Assembly: GCF_054482525.1 (NCBI RefSeq)
Contig: NZ_CM137006.1
Direction: 5' to 3' (one strand)
DNA: 64,000 nucleotides
The translations under genes were made by a program, and so were the position numbers. The notes below the pieces were generated by a model. The model saw nothing but the letters and a program-made list of their open reading frames with translations, searched no databases and was not told where the DNA came from. Of the stretch, positions 21,742-34,289 are shown piece after piece (within the stretch, counting starts at the first letter, position 1; each line of letters opens with the position of its first letter).

Positions 21742-21751
21742 TATCAGAAGA

Positions 21752-22954
21752 TTAAGAGAACCAGCTGCCGAACCACTGATGGAATTTCATCATCACGAAA
21801 TCCCACATCCGACCAAAGAATCCGCCCTCTTCCACATTTTCCATCACGATTAGCGGACGCTGCTCAATGGATTTACCGTTAAGCTGGAAATCAATGGTGC
21901 CAACAACCTGACCTTTTTTCAGCGGTGCGGTAAGCTGCGGTTCCGTTAACGTGTAGCTCGCTTTCAGGTTTTTCAGCTGCCCACGCGGTATGGTCACTGA
22001 TCCCGCTTCGCCTGCCCCGAGATTCACTTCGCTCTTATCACCAAACCAGACGCGCTGAGTCACAAAGGTGGCATCAGGTTTAATTGGCGTCACGGTTTCA
22101 AAGAAGCGGAAACCCCAGGTCAATAATTTCTCAGACTCATTAAAACGGATACGGTCAGTTTTCGCACCCAGTACTACGGAGATCAAACGCATATCGCCCT
22201 GGGTAGCCGAAGCAACCAGATTATATCCCGCGCCTGCCGTGGTTCCTGTCTTCATGCCATCAACATTCAGATTGCTGCTCCACAGCAGACGGTTACGGTT
22301 AGGCTGACGAATTTTGTTGAAGGTGAACTCTTTCTCTTTATGAATGGCATACTCTTCCGGCACATCGTGGATCAATGCTTTACCCAGCAATGCCATATCG
22401 CGCGCGGTACTGAACTGCCCCGGCGCATCCAGACCGTGCACCGTCTGGAAGGTAGTGTTGGTCAGACCCAGTTTTTTGGCATAACCATTCATCAGACCAA
22501 TAAATGACTCCTGGCTCCCGGCAACGTAATCGGCCAGCGCAATACAGGCGTCATTACCGGACTGGATAATCACACCTTTGTTCAAGTCTGCCACCGAAAC
22601 CTGATCGCCCGGTTTGAGGAACATTACCGATGAACCACGCAGTGCCGGATTTCCCGTCGCCCAGGCATCTTTACCGACCGTCACCATATCGGTGAGTTTA
22701 ATCTTATCGGCCTTAAGCGCCTGCCCAACCACATAGCTGGTCATGATTTTAGTCAGGCTCGCGGGGTCCAGTTTCTCATCCGCATTGCCTTCTGCCAGCA
22801 CTTTACCGCTGGCGTAATCCATTAAAATCCATGCACGCGCATCCACGCTCGGCGCTTCAACGGTTTGTTCCGCCGCGAATGCCGTTGGGGCAAAAAGGAA
22901 TAAAAATGCAGAACCCGCTGCAAGACCACGAAGGAGAGAGGAGTATTGCGTCAT
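21752..22954 (-). CDS. dacC: D-alanyl-D-alanine carboxypeptidase DacC (PBP6)
   Basis: 400 aa from [10 protein letters not shown]; SxxK (SLTK), SGN and KTG motifs. Confidence 0.92.
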   Translation of the reverse strand: MTQYSSLLRGLAAGSAFLFLFAPTAFAAEQTVEAPSVDARAWILMDYASGKVLAEGNADEKLDPASLTKIMTSYVVGQALKADKIKLTDMVTVGKDAWATGNPALRGSSVMFLKPGDQVSVADLNKGVIIQSGNDACIALADYVAGSQESFIGLMNGYAKKLGLTNTTFQTVHGLDAPGQFSTARDMALLGKALIHDVPEEYAIHKEKEFTFNKIRQPNRNRLLWSSNLNVDGMKTGTTAGAGYNLVASATQGDMRLISVVLGAKTDRIRFNESEKLLTWGFRFFETVTPIKPDATFVTQRVWFGDKSEVNLGAGEAGSVTIPRGQLKNLKASYTLTEPQLTAPLKKGQVVGTIDFQLNGKSIEQRPLIVMENVEEGGFFGRMWDFVMMKFHQWFGSWFS

Positions 22955-23200
22955 AAATGCCACCCGAGTATCCATTCAAAAAAAATACGTTATATCGCCG
23001 TATGATAAGTTCGGTGATTAATAACGCACACACAAACTTAAAGAAACCGTAAGTTGGTAAAGTTTTTAAAGTTTATGCAATATCCTGCCGCTTCGCTGCT
23101 TCTGGTGTCATTTTTTTGCCAGCTGTTGCTTAAAAGTTAACTTTACTTCACCATCGGAGTCCTGTTCAGCCTGTGGCTGCCTGTCGGAAAAGGGGTGAGT

Positions 23201-23827
23201 ATGATTACGCTGTGGGGTCGGAATAATTCAACCAACGTAAAAAAAGTATTGCTGACGCTCGAAGAACTGGAACTACCTTATGAGCAAATTCTCGCGGGCC
23301 GTGAGTTTGGGATAAATCACGATGCTGATTTTCTGGCGATGAACCCTAACGGGCTGGTGCCATTGTTGCGTGACGACGAAAGTGATCTCATTCTTTGGGA
23401 ATCAAACGCCATTGTCCGCTATCTGGCGGCACAGTACGGGCAAAAACGCCTGTGGATCGACTCACCGGCACGTCGTGCGGAAGCAGAAAAATGGATGGAC
23501 TGGGCAAACCAGACACTCAGTAATGCTCATCGCGGGATCCTGATGGGATTAGTCAGAACACCACCGGAAGAGCGCGATCAGGCCGCCATTGATGCCAGTT
23601 GTAAAGAGTGCGACGCCCTGTTTGCCCTGCTCGATGCGGAACTGGCAAAAGTAAAATGGTTCTCCGGCGACGAGTTTGGTGTGGGCGATATCGCTATCGC
23701 ACCGTTCATCTACAATTTGTTTAACGTTGGCCTGACCTGGACACCGCGTCCAAATCTGCAACGCTGGTATCAGCAACTCACTGAACGCCCAGCAGTGCGC
23801 AAAGTGGTGATGATTCCCGTTAGCTAA
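23201..23827 (+). CDS. gstB: Glutathione S-transferase GstB (YliJ)
   Basis: 208 aa from [10 protein letters not shown]. Confidence 0.88.
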
Positions 23828-24939
23828 TTGCGTGGGCTAACTTTAAGTAATTCCCCACTGGACTCGTCGGTGAGAACGTATAAATAACCGTCGGGTCCAG
23901 TGCGAACATCACGAATTCGCTGCCCTCTGTCCGTTAAAATACGGCCATCTTCTGTCACTTTGTCGCCGTTGACGCTCATCACAATGACATCTTTATCTTT
24001 CAGCGCGCCAATAAATAATTTTTGCTGCCACTGGGGGAATTTATCGCTGTTATAGAAGGCCATGCCGCTCACGGCGGGCGAATCTTTCCAGTAAAAAACA
24101 GGTTGCTCGGTCCCGGCGACGATCTCCCCTTTCGCTTCCGGTATCTTAAAGCCTGAATAGTTGATTCCCCAGGTTGCCAGCGGCCAGCCGTAGTTTTTGC
24201 CTTTTTGCGGGATATTAATTTCATCACCACCGCGCGGGCCATGTTCATTCAGCCACAGTGCATTACTCCACGGATTCATCGCCATTCCTTGTGGATTACG
24301 AATGCCATAAGACCAGATCTCGGCGCGCGCACCGGATTCCTTTATAAAAGGATTATCATCCGGGATTTCGCCCTGGTCGGTCAGACGCACCAGTTTGCCC
24401 TGTAATTTATTCAGATCCTGCGCCGTCGGGCGCTGATTGTTTTCGCCCAGAGCAATAAAAAGATAACCTTTACCGTCGAATACCAGCCGCCCGCCAAAAT
24501 GGTTGCCGGTAGACAGTTTTGGCATCTGGCGAAAGACGGTGCGGAAGTCGGTCACCTTTGAGAGATCATCACTTAAGCGGCCATAACCCACAGCAGTTCC
24601 GGCTTTGCCATCATCGCCAACTTCGGAATAACTTAACCAGATGCGGCGAGACTGAGCAAAATCAGGCGCTAAAACCACATCCAGCAGGCCACCCTGCCCG
24701 TGCGCCCAAACTTCCGGCACTCCGGAAAGCGGCGCAGATAATCCTTTTCCTGCTTGCCAGTGACGCAACTCGCCGCCGCGCAGAGTGATTAACATACCGT
24801 GATTGTCGGGTAAAAAGGCCAGCGCCCAGGGATGGTCGAGTTTGTCCTGCAGTACTTCGACATTTACCGTTGCAGGAGCCGCCCAGAGAGCGGAAGAAAG
24901 ACAAATAAGGGGCACAAGGAAAAAGGATTGTCGATGCAT
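23824..24939 (-). CDS. yliI: PQQ-dependent soluble aldose sugar dehydrogenase YliI
   Basis: 371 aa with signal peptide; beta-propeller dehydrogenase family; 4-nt convergent overlap with gstB. Confidence 0.88.
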
Positions 24940-25049
24940 AACGCCTCCGGATTGACTCTGGCTTAAAGCGTAGTCAGTGGAGGAGATAACAAATTTATTT
25001 TTACAAAAACTTAAACATGAAGGGGGAGACGCTTTCTCCCCCTTAGTTT

Positions 25050-25433
25050 TCAGGCCTTCTCAAGCATGGCGTGCTTCTGCAGGCTCTGGATACTCAGCGT
25101 TAAGCTCATCAGACAATTTTCAAGCTTATCGGCGTTGACGGTAATAACAGTCGGGCAATCATGGTGCCCACTCATCAAACATACTGCGGCTGTCGCTAAT
25201 GCTTCTTCAGCATGATGAAGAGCACTCCACTCTTCCTGATCCAGATGAAGATTCAACCGCAGCGATTTATCGTGCAGTTCGCGATTCAGTTTAAAAAAGT
25301 TATCTCGTAGATGATTGCTTTCGCTGACGGACATGTATCCTTTTGCCTTCCTCAGTTGCACGTATGCGGCGAGGTCAACGCGTGCGTCGATCAACCGGTT
25401 CAGCAGATCGATTCGCTGTCTGTCAACGAACAT
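25050..25433 (-). CDS. bssR: Biofilm regulator BssR (YliH)
   Basis: 127-aa ORF; synteny. Confidence 0.85.
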   Translation of the reverse strand: MFVDRQRIDLLNRLIDARVDLAAYVQLRKAKGYMSVSESNHLRDNFFKLNRELHDKSLRLNLHLDQEEWSALHHAEEALATAAVCLMSGHHDCPTVITVNADKLENCLMSLTLSIQSLQKHAMLEKA

Positions 25434-25645
25434 ACTTCGATCCTCCTCTTTCCAGCCTTATTGCAATTAAATAGTATGGCTATTTTTTGAGCAAAATGCT
25501 GTCCAGGATCAATTCTTCACGCCGAATTAACAAAATTTACATTTCCTTCGCCTCCGCCAGCGAATGAGATTGCGATACAAATTTTATCCAGAACTCTGTA
25601 GAATCCCTGCCCTGACCTTTCCTGTAACTGAATATTTTTTAAGCT

Positions 25646-26971
25646 ATGAGCAAAGTAACTCCCCAGCCGAAAATCGGCTTTGTTTCCCTTGGCTGTCCGA
25701 AAAACCTTGTCGATTCAGAGCGTATTCTCACCGAACTACGCACTGAAGGTTATGACGTGGTACCGAGCTATGACGATGCGGACATGGTGATCGTCAACAC
25801 CTGCGGCTTTATTGACAGCGCGGTACAAGAATCACTGGAAGCCATTGGTGAAGCGTTGAATGAAAACGGCAAGGTAATTGTGACCGGTTGTCTGGGGGCA
25901 AAAGAAGATCAGATCCGCGAAGTCCACCCGAAAGTGCTGGAAATCACCGGGCCTCATAGCTATGAGCAGGTTCTGGAGCACGTTCATCACTACGTGCCAA
26001 AACCGAAACACAACCCATTCCTGAGCCTGGTGCCAGAACAAGGCGTGAAACTGACGCCGCGTCATTATGCCTATCTGAAAATTTCTGAAGGCTGTAATCA
26101 CCGCTGCACCTTCTGCATTATTCCGTCTATGCGCGGCGACCTGGTGAGCCGTCCGATTGGCGAAGTGTTAAGTGAAGCGAAACGTCTGGTTGATGCGGGC
26201 GTTAAAGAGATTCTGGTGATCTCGCAGGATACTTCCGCCTATGGCGTTGATGTTAAACATCGTACTGGCTTCCACAACGGCGAGCCGGTAAAAACCAGCA
26301 TGGTCAGCCTGTGCGAACAGTTATCGAAACTGGGGATCTGGACACGTCTGCACTACGTTTACCCTTATCCGCATGTGGACGACGTCATCCCACTGATGGC
26401 AGAAGGCAAAATCCTGCCGTATCTGGACATTCCGTTGCAGCACGCCAGCCCGCGCATTCTCAAACTGATGAAGCGTCCGGGTTCTGTAGATCGCCAACTG
26501 GCGCGCATCAAACAGTGGCGCGAAATCTGCCCGGAACTGACCCTACGCTCAACCTTTATTGTCGGCTTCCCTGGCGAGACGGAAGAAGATTTCCAGATGC
26601 TACTCGACTTCCTGAAAGAAGCACGTCTGGATCGCGTTGGCTGCTTTAAATACAGCCCGGTTGAAGGTGCAGACGCCAATGCCCTGCCTGACCAGGTTCC
26701 GGAAGAAGTGAAAGAAGAACGCTGGAACCGTTTCATGCAGCTGCAGCAGCAGATTTCCGCCGAGCGCCTGCAAGAGAAAGTGGGCCGTGAAATTCTGGTG
26801 ATTATCGACGAAGTGGACGAAGAAGGCGCGATTGGTCGCAGCATGGCAGATGCACCGGAAATCGACGGCGCGGTTTATCTCAATGGTGAAACTAACGTTA
26901 AGCCGGGTGATATCCTGCGTGTGAAAGTCGAGCACGCCGATGAGTACGATTTGTGGGGTAGCCGGGTTTAA
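25646..26971 (+). CDS. rimO: Ribosomal protein S12 methylthiotransferase RimO
   Basis: 441 aa; radical-SAM CxxxCxxC (CNHRCTFC) with MTTase and TRAM domains. Confidence 0.92.
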
Positions 26972-26977
26972 TTAATT

Positions 26978-27007
26978 CAGGCCGGGCAAAATCATTTGTC
27001 CGGCCTG
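26978..27007. terminator. Bidirectional terminator between rimO and dgcI
   Basis: Hairpin caggccgggcaaaatcatttgtccggcctg. Confidence 0.7.
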
Positions 27008-27017
27008 CGAATAATGA

Positions 27018-28346
27018 TTACTGCCAGCTAATCTGTGCCCTGCCGTTTTTCTTACTCTCATACAGCCGCTCATCCGCCAGCATTTTCAAGCGTTCGACGG
27101 TAGGACATTCATTTGAATGCGCTACACCGATACTGGTGCTTAAATTAATGCTTCCCACCTGGAAATGAACGATTTCTTTTAGAATCGATAGCAACTCTTC
27201 CAGCGTTCCACCCGTATAAATCACCGCAAATTCGTCACCGCCGAAGCGGTAGACTTTACCTTTATCTACGGGGATCTGTGATTTAAGGATTTTCACCACT
27301 TTCATCAACACTTCATCGCCCAGCAAATGACCGAAGGTGTCGTTGATGTTTTTGAATTTATCGACGTCAAACAGGCACAAATAACCACCTTTTTCCGGCA
27401 GCGCTTTTAAATCTTCGTCAAAGGATTTTCTGCCCATTGCTTTGGTCAGGTCATCCAGGAACGCCGAGTTATACAGACTGTAGAGTTTTTTGACATCGGC
27501 AGCCGAAAAGAAAAGCCCGCCATCCAGTACGCGTTCAAAATGGTTATTAATGATGGCTTCTTTCTCCACAATACCACGATTAATCACTCTGCGTACCAGA
27601 TAGAGGCAACTGACACCCGATATCACTGCCACCAATGCGGCAAAGAAAATAATCAATGTACAGACCCGCAAATAAACATCTTTTTTATACGCAAATACGT
27701 ACAATCCGGTCGGCAAATAGGCGAAGTGCTCCATCGCTTCCGAAACGGTGAAGATGGCGTTTTTAGCATTAAATTCATCACCGGTCACCGGTTTACCGTT
27801 CTTAAACAGAGAGAACATCAGGTTCTCGCTATCCATCGCCAGCGATTTTGACAGTAAAGAAAAACGCTCCAGACCAAGCAAAAATATCAGACTGCGATTG
27901 TGAGTTACCGGATAGAGGTAATAGACGAAGGTTTTACCGTCAAAAGAGATAAACCCTGTATTTTTGACATGTCGATACTTCACAATCTGCATAATATCTG
28001 CACAATAATTTTTCTCGAACTCCTTTACCTGAATACATTCGTCACTGGAAATCAGATAAGGACCGACATCGTACAAATAAGAGGGTGAAACCGAGTCGGC
28101 GTAAGCTGTGCGCAAACCAACCAACAGCTGTTCCTCCGTGGGGTTTAGCGTGTTGATGAGATCAATTGCCACGCTACGCCGATATTCAGCAATATTTGCC
28201 ACCGCAAAAGCAGTATCAATAACGGACTGTTTCAGGCCATACACCCGTTCCTTTACCATTTGAGTGTAGATCCCGCAGGCAACTGCTGAAATCATGATAA
28301 AAATCAGCAGACTGACTGTAAGTACGAACTTATTGATTCTGGACAT
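27018..28346 (-). CDS. dgcI: Diguanylate cyclase DgcI (YliF)
   Basis: 442 aa; membrane N-terminus and C-terminal GGDEF domain (RFGGDEF). Confidence 0.9.
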   Translation of the reverse strand: MSRINKFVLTVSLLIFIMISAVACGIYTQMVKERVYGLKQSVIDTAFAVANIAEYRRSVAIDLINTLNPTEEQLLVGLRTAYADSVSPSYLYDVGPYLISSDECIQVKEFEKNYCADIMQIVKYRHVKNTGFISFDGKTFVYYLYPVTHNRSLIFLLGLERFSLLSKSLAMDSENLMFSLFKNGKPVTGDEFNAKNAIFTVSEAMEHFAYLPTGLYVFAYKKDVYLRVCTLIIFFAALVAVISGVSCLYLVRRVINRGIVEKEAIINNHFERVLDGGLFFSAADVKKLYSLYNSAFLDDLTKAMGRKSFDEDLKALPEKGGYLCLFDVDKFKNINDTFGHLLGDEVLMKVVKILKSQIPVDKGKVYRFGGDEFAVIYTGGTLEELLSILKEIVHFQVGSINLSTSIGVAHSNECPTVERLKMLADERLYESKKNGRAQISWQ

Positions 28347-28353
28347 ACGTAAA

Positions 28354-30702
28354 CTACTCTTTTACTAATTTTCCACTTTTATCCCAGGCGGAGAATGGCA
28401 TGGGTTTCTGGTACAGATACCCCTGAGCCTGAACACATCCTAATTTGATTAATTCGCGCGCAACGTCTTCGCTCTCTACGCCTTCCGCAATCACCGGGAT
28501 CCGGTTATAGCGTGCCAGATCGAAAATAATGCGCACAATTTTTCCCGCAGTACCGAAAATATCACCGGTAAATTGTGAGTCCACTTTTATGCTATCTGGA
28601 TTAATTTCATAAAAACGTTTCAGGTTTGACAAACCGGTGCCAAAGTCATCAATCGATATCCGTACCCCTTGTTTACGCAGTTGTTCAATATTGAGATAAA
28701 AATGTTCATTAATTCACTCGATCACGGTTTCAGTGATCTCAACACAGAGGCTGTTCTCCTTCAGGCCATTTTCTTTCATGATGGTGGTAAAACGCTCATG
28801 AAAGTGTGGTTCGTTTAACTGCCAGGGCGAAACATTAATATGCAGTAAGAAATCATCCTTCAGCGACGCACGCTGACTAAAATGTCTGAATTCACCCATT
28901 GCCGTTTTAATAATCTGATAACCCAGCTCATTGATAAACCCGATATCTTCAGCAATGGTAATGAACTTTAGCGGTGAAATGATCCCCCGCTCCGCAGACA
29001 CCCAACGGCACAACGCCTCCGCGCCCAGAATGGCGCGGGTGTTAATATCAACGATCGGTTGATAGACGAGGAATAGTTCGCCAATTTCCATTGCATGGCG
29101 AATATTACGCGCAATCCAGATATTCTCTTCTATTTCGTTGAGTTTCGCGTCATCACAGAAAATAAACTCTGAGAACATATGGTCACGGATACTGGAAATC
29201 GCCAGTTTCAGTTTTTCTGCGTAACTCCAGGCGTTTTCTCCCTGCAAAGGTTCACAAATGGCAGACTTATGGATGCGCAGATTGCGGTAGCCAAAGCTGC
29301 TGTCAAAATCGTTTATCATCGCTATTTTACGGGTAAATGTCTGTACATTTTCCCGGCACAGAAGTAAATAGAGATCGGCATTGAATGTCACGATATCGCA
29401 GCATTGCGCATATTTCTCGGCAATTCGCTGACACAATTTCCTGACGATTTTATTGCGTTCATCAACACCAAACACCGCTTCCACGGCTTCCAGACCACAC
29501 AGTTTGATGATCCCCACAGCCAGATACTGATTATTGTTGGACTCAATAATCGCCATATTTTTAATAAAACCGCTTTCCTGATCGTAAGAGATCAGTGAGA
29601 GCAATTTATTTGACCGTTCAATTTCGGCATCTTTCATTTCCGCGATCGAATTTTTGATGCTGATAATCTCTTTCGCATCGCCTTCGCGAATTTTCAGAGC
29701 CTCGATTTGATCCGTTGAGTCAGGCAAAAACGCCAGCGTATTAACCAGTTCTGTCATTTCAGAAAATTGCCGACGGAACACACGAGTGGTCATTAAATAA
29801 ACCACCAACAATACGATAATAATGAACGCAAACGGCAGATAAAAAAGTTTATCTGATGCGTTCAATAAATTACCGCCAGGATAATAAAAATAGATTTCGA
29901 ATAATGCGTTGTTTGGCACCACTGATGTTTTTTCGATATATTCAGTATCGACAGAATCAATAATATTATAATTACCTTCGCTATTATAAATAATCAGTTT
30001 TTCACGCGCGAGTTGATTCTTGGCAATGATCTCATGGCCTTGTTTCAAAAATAGAACTTCATCATTAGCGCTGATTTGATCAAGATACTCGTTCAGATAT
30101 CGCCAGTTTAAATCGACATGTATTTTATCCACCGCTAACAAATCGTGATCTTTGCCGTTGATGCGTAGCGTAAAAGAGATACATTTTTTACCCGGACGAT
30201 CAAAGCAATTGTAGGCCGGATTCCAGCTGTTGTTAGAGTCATCTGAAGCCACCGACCATGGTCGTTTCGATGGATTAAAATCGGCAAAAATAACCCGCCC
30301 TGACTCGTCGACAAGCGGTCCATTTACTTCTTCCTGATGATAAACAACGATTTTATCATTCGCCCTCCGCGAAAAGAGATAATATTTATTATCATCAAGT
30401 ACCAGTCCCACCGAGTCTAAAAATGGCATCATTTCCATTTTAAGGATCACAGCGCGTTGAATCTCCTCTGTATTTTTTAATAAATACAGTGAGTCCTTTA
30501 ATGTCAGGGCCGAACGTTCAATATCTTTAAAGAAATAGCCAACGTTTTTCTGAATAAGTTCAAAGCGGCTATCGGCACGTTTTACCGCGCGTTCCGATAC
30601 CAGTTGATAGTTAATGATGAAAAAAAGGCCAATAAATGACAGTGCTGCCAATAAAAATAAAATTATCAGCCTTATCTTTATCTTTTCGTATAAACTCAGC
30701 AT
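28354..30702 (-). pseudogene. pdeI: c-di-GMP phosphodiesterase PdeI (YliE), interrupted by an in-frame TGA
   Basis: Single reading frame from ATG 30702 to 28354 is 782 codons, the K-12 PdeI length, but codon 663 is TGA (28714-28716); the stop falls between EITETVIE and INEHF...ISIDDFGTG of the EAL domain. Confidence 0.8.
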
Positions 30703-30879
30703 GTTAATACATTTAACAAAATAACTGTCTGAACGCTGTGCCGCTGCAAAAACAGTCCCTTGCTGCGGCTTTTTAACCAAATTACCCGATTCTACAAAAT
30801 CAGCAGAAAGTTACAACACTTGCTTAGGGCAATAATTTCCTGTGAGGTGATTACCCTTTCAAGCAATATTCAAACGTAA

Positions 30880-31791
30880 CTATCCTTTAATTTTCGGATC
30901 CAGCGCATCGCGTAAACCATCACCCAACAAATTGAACGCCAGTACAGTCAGAAAAATAGCCAGGGCCGGAAAAATAGCGACATGCGGCGCGATAACCATA
31001 TCCGCTCGTGCCTCATTGAGCATTGCTCCCCACTCTGGTGTCGGCGGCTGCGCACCGAGGCCGAGAAATGACAGGCTGGCGGCAGAGATAATCGAGGTAC
31101 CGATGCGCATGGTGAAAAACACCACGATAGACGAGACAGTCCCGGGCAAGATATGGCGCAATAAGATGGTCATGTCGCTGGCACCAATACTGCGCGCCGA
31201 TTCAATAAAAGTTTGCTGTTTCAACACCAGCGTGTTGCCGCGCACCAGTCGGGCAAACGCGGGGATGGAAAAAATGGCGACTGCAATAATCACGTTAGCA
31301 ATGCCGCTTCCCAACACCGCAACAACAGCGATCGCCAGTAAAATACCCGGGAAGGCAAACAGCACATCGCAAATGCGCATGATCAGCCGATCCCACCAGC
31401 CTTCATAATATCCAGCCAACAAGCCCAGCAACGTCCCGATCGCCGCACCGATAAACACGGCAAACACGCCCGCCGCCAGCGAGATTTGTGCACCAACCAG
31501 GACACGGCTGAAAATGTCACGCCCCAGTGAATCAACGCCAAACCAGTGCTGCAAAGAAGGTCCGTTATTCAGATTGTCATAATCAAAATAATTTTCGGCG
31601 TCATAGGGAGCGATCCAGCGTGCAAAAATAGCCACCACAATCAATAAAATAACGAACAATGCGGCGGTCATCGCCATATGCTGACGGCGAAATCGTCGCC
31701 AGAATTCATGCCACGGTGTACGTACCTGGTCAGGTTTGACCAGTGGCATGGCGTTTAACACCGCCTGACGTCGCCAGTTAAATAGTCGCAT
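30880..31791 (-). CDS. gsiD: Glutathione ABC transporter permease GsiD
   Basis: 303 aa; synteny in iaaA-gsiABCD. Confidence 0.9.
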   Translation of the reverse strand: MRLFNWRRQAVLNAMPLVKPDQVRTPWHEFWRRFRRQHMAMTAALFVILLIVVAIFARWIAPYDAENYFDYDNLNNGPSLQHWFGVDSLGRDIFSRVLVGAQISLAAGVFAVFIGAAIGTLLGLLAGYYEGWWDRLIMRICDVLFAFPGILLAIAVVAVLGSGIANVIIAVAIFSIPAFARLVRGNTLVLKQQTFIESARSIGASDMTILLRHILPGTVSSIVVFFTMRIGTSIISAASLSFLGLGAQPPTPEWGAMLNEARADMVIAPHVAIFPALAIFLTVLAFNLLGDGLRDALDPKIKG

Positions 31792-31793
31792 CC

Positions 31794-32714
31794 TTACTTG
31801 TACCTGATAGCCGGGTTAATGGCGGCGTAAAGCACATCCACCACTAAGTTGATAAGAATAAATTCCAGCGAGAAAAGCAGAATTTCCGCCTGAATCACCG
31901 GGTAATCGCGCATTTCTACGGAGTCAACGAGTAAGCGTCCAAGTCCGGGCCAGTTGAAAACTTTCTCCACCACGATGGAACCACCGAGCAAAAAGCCAAA
32001 CTGTAAGCCCATCATGGTCACTACCGGGATCATCGCGTTGCGTAGCCCGTGTTTGAGGACAACCCAGGTTTCGCTCACCCCTTTCGCCCTCGCGGTACGC
32101 ATATAATCTTCGCTTAAAACGTCGACAAACGACGCGCGGGTAAAGCGCGCCATCACGGCAGCCACTGCCGCGCCGAGCGTCAGGGAGGGTAAAATGTAGT
32201 GCTGCCAACTGTCTGCTCCCACGGTAGGCAGCCAGCCCAGTTCAACGGAGAATACCTGAATTAAAAGCATCCCCAGCGCAAATGCCGGAAACGAGATCCC
32301 CGACACCGCAATGGTCATACTCAATCGATCCGGCCAACGGTTACGCCAGACGGCGGCGATAATTCCCGCCGCCATACCAAATATCACTGCCCAGACCATA
32401 CTGGTTATGGTCAGCCACAGCGTTGGCATAAAGCGGCTGGCAATCTCATCGGCAACCGGACGACGCGACACCATCGACAGGCCAAAATCCCCCTGCACAG
32501 CATTGCTGATATAGTGCCAGAACTGGTGATACAGCGGCTGATCCAACCCCAGCTGCTGACGCACCAGTTCTATAACCTGCGCATCAGCTTCGGGCCCGGC
32601 AATCAATCGCGCCGGATCGCCGGGCAGCATATGCACAAATAAAAACACCAGCACCGAGACGATAAACAGCGTCGGAATCAACCCCAGCAAGCGTTTGATA
32701 ACGTAATTAAGCAT
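31794..32714 (-). CDS. gsiC: Glutathione ABC transporter permease GsiC
   Basis: 306 aa. Confidence 0.9.
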   Translation of the reverse strand: MLNYVIKRLLGLIPTLFIVSVLVFLFVHMLPGDPARLIAGPEADAQVIELVRQQLGLDQPLYHQFWHYISNAVQGDFGLSMVSRRPVADEIASRFMPTLWLTITSMVWAVIFGMAAGIIAAVWRNRWPDRLSMTIAVSGISFPAFALGMLLIQVFSVELGWLPTVGADSWQHYILPSLTLGAAVAAVMARFTRASFVDVLSEDYMRTARAKGVSETWVVLKHGLRNAMIPVVTMMGLQFGFLLGGSIVVEKVFNWPGLGRLLVDSVEMRDYPVIQAEILLFSLEFILINLVVDVLYAAINPAIRYK

Positions 32715-32731
32715 TCCACTCCCTGCGTTGC

Positions 32732-34270
32732 TTATTGCAAATCCGCGTCTTCAAAGCTGAAGCCGGTGTCTGGCATGATCCAAAAACCGGTCAGGTTTTT
32801 ACTGTGTGCCGACACCAGTTTTTCTACCACCAGCGGGATCCACGGCGACTCTTGCCAGATGATATCCTGCGCCGCCTTATATAAGCGGGTCTTTTCCGCC
32901 GGATCATTAGTTTTCAGTGCCTGAGCCAGGAAGTCATCCACCTGTTTATTGCTGTAAAACGCGGTATTAAACAGCGTCGGTGGCCAGTTTTGCGAGGCAA
33001 ACAGCGGCGATAGTGCCCAGTCAGCTTCGCCGGTTGAAGCCGACCAGCCAGTGTAGAACATCCGCACGCCGCTCTCTTTTTGCCCTTTACCTTCAACTTC
33101 TGCCGCCCGCTGTCCGGCATCCATCGCAGTCACCTGGGCTTTAATCCCGACCTGCGCCAACTGCTGCTGGGTAAATTGCAGCACTTTCTGCGCGGTGCTG
33201 TGGTTATGTGACGACCACAGCGTGGTACTGAAACCGTTGGGATATCCCGCCTCTTTCAGTAATTCGCGCGCTTTCACTGGATCGTAAGGCCACGGTTTAT
33301 AACTTTGCGCGTAGGCGATACTCGGCGGTACCACACCAGTAGCTGGCGTTGCATAGCCCGCGAAGGCTACTTTCACCAGCGCCGGGCGGTTAATGGCGTA
33401 ATTCAGCGCCTCACGGACCTTCGGGTTATCGAACGGCTTTTGCGTCACGTTCATACTGATATAACGCTGCATAATTGACGGACTGGCCATCAACTCGATA
33501 TTTTTGTTTTTCTCCAGCAGTGCGGCCTGCTCGTAGGGAATGGGGAAAGCAAACTGCGCTTCACCGGTTTGCAGCATTGCCGCGCGGGTGTTGTTATCCG
33601 CCACCGGACGCCAGGTTATGCTGTCCAGTTTGGGCAATCCTGGCTGCCAGTAACCCGCGAATTTTTTCACCTTCACAAAATCGGTCTGATTCCAGGTATC
33701 CAGTTCATACGGCCCGGTTCCCACCGGATGAAAACCAATCTCCTTGCCATATTTTTCCAGCGCTGCCGGTGAAATCATCGCGGTCGCCGGATGGGCAAGA
33801 ATATTAATAAACGCTGAGAACGGCTGTTTGAGGGTAATCTTTACCGTTGTCGGATCGATCGCTTCCGTTTTGGCAATATTCTTATACAGGTTGTAGCGTT
33901 TAAGATGATTCGCCGGATCGCTGGCCCGGTCCAGATTCGCTTTTACCGCCGCTGCGTTGAAGTCGGTGCCATCCTGGAATTTAATGCCTTCCCGCAGTTT
34001 CACGGTGTAAGTAAGGCCGTCATCGGAAACGGTATAACTCTCCGCCAGCACGTTTTTCAGTTTCATCTCTTTATCGAGACCGAACAGCCCCTGGTAAAAC
34101 GATTTCGCTACGGCCTGAGATAACGTGTCATTCGCGTCATATGGATCGAGCGTGGTGAAGTTCGATCCTACAGCCACCACCACATCTTTGGCAGCGAATG
34201 CACAAGATGCCATCAACGCTGTCGCAATGCCCAGCGCCACTAACCCACTACGGTGTACAGCTCTTGCCAT
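32732..34270 (-). CDS. gsiB: Glutathione-binding periplasmic protein GsiB
   Basis: 512 aa from [14 protein letters not shown]; family-5 solute-binding protein. Confidence 0.9.
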   Translation of the reverse strand: MARAVHRSGLVALGIATALMASCAFAAKDVVVAVGSNFTTLDPYDANDTLSQAVAKSFYQGLFGLDKEMKLKNVLAESYTVSDDGLTYTVKLREGIKFQDGTDFNAAAVKANLDRASDPANHLKRYNLYKNIAKTEAIDPTTVKITLKQPFSAFINILAHPATAMISPAALEKYGKEIGFHPVGTGPYELDTWNQTDFVKVKKFAGYWQPGLPKLDSITWRPVADNNTRAAMLQTGEAQFAFPIPYEQAALLEKNKNIELMASPSIMQRYISMNVTQKPFDNPKVREALNYAINRPALVKVAFAGYATPATGVVPPSIAYAQSYKPWPYDPVKARELLKEAGYPNGFSTTLWSSHNHSTAQKVLQFTQQQLAQVGIKAQVTAMDAGQRAAEVEGKGQKESGVRMFYTGWSASTGEADWALSPLFASQNWPPTLFNTAFYSNKQVDDFLAQALKTNDPAEKTRLYKAAQDIIWQESPWIPLVVEKLVSAHSKNLTGFWIMPDTGFSFEDADLQ

Positions 34271-34289
34271 TTTATTCTCCGCCTGAATG

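Noticed and set aside
28714-28716. TGA in pdeI as a selenocysteine or programmed recoding site
   Set aside because: There is no SECIS-like hairpin immediately downstream, and EAL phosphodiesterases are not selenoproteins; a nonsense mutation or sequencing error is far more likely.
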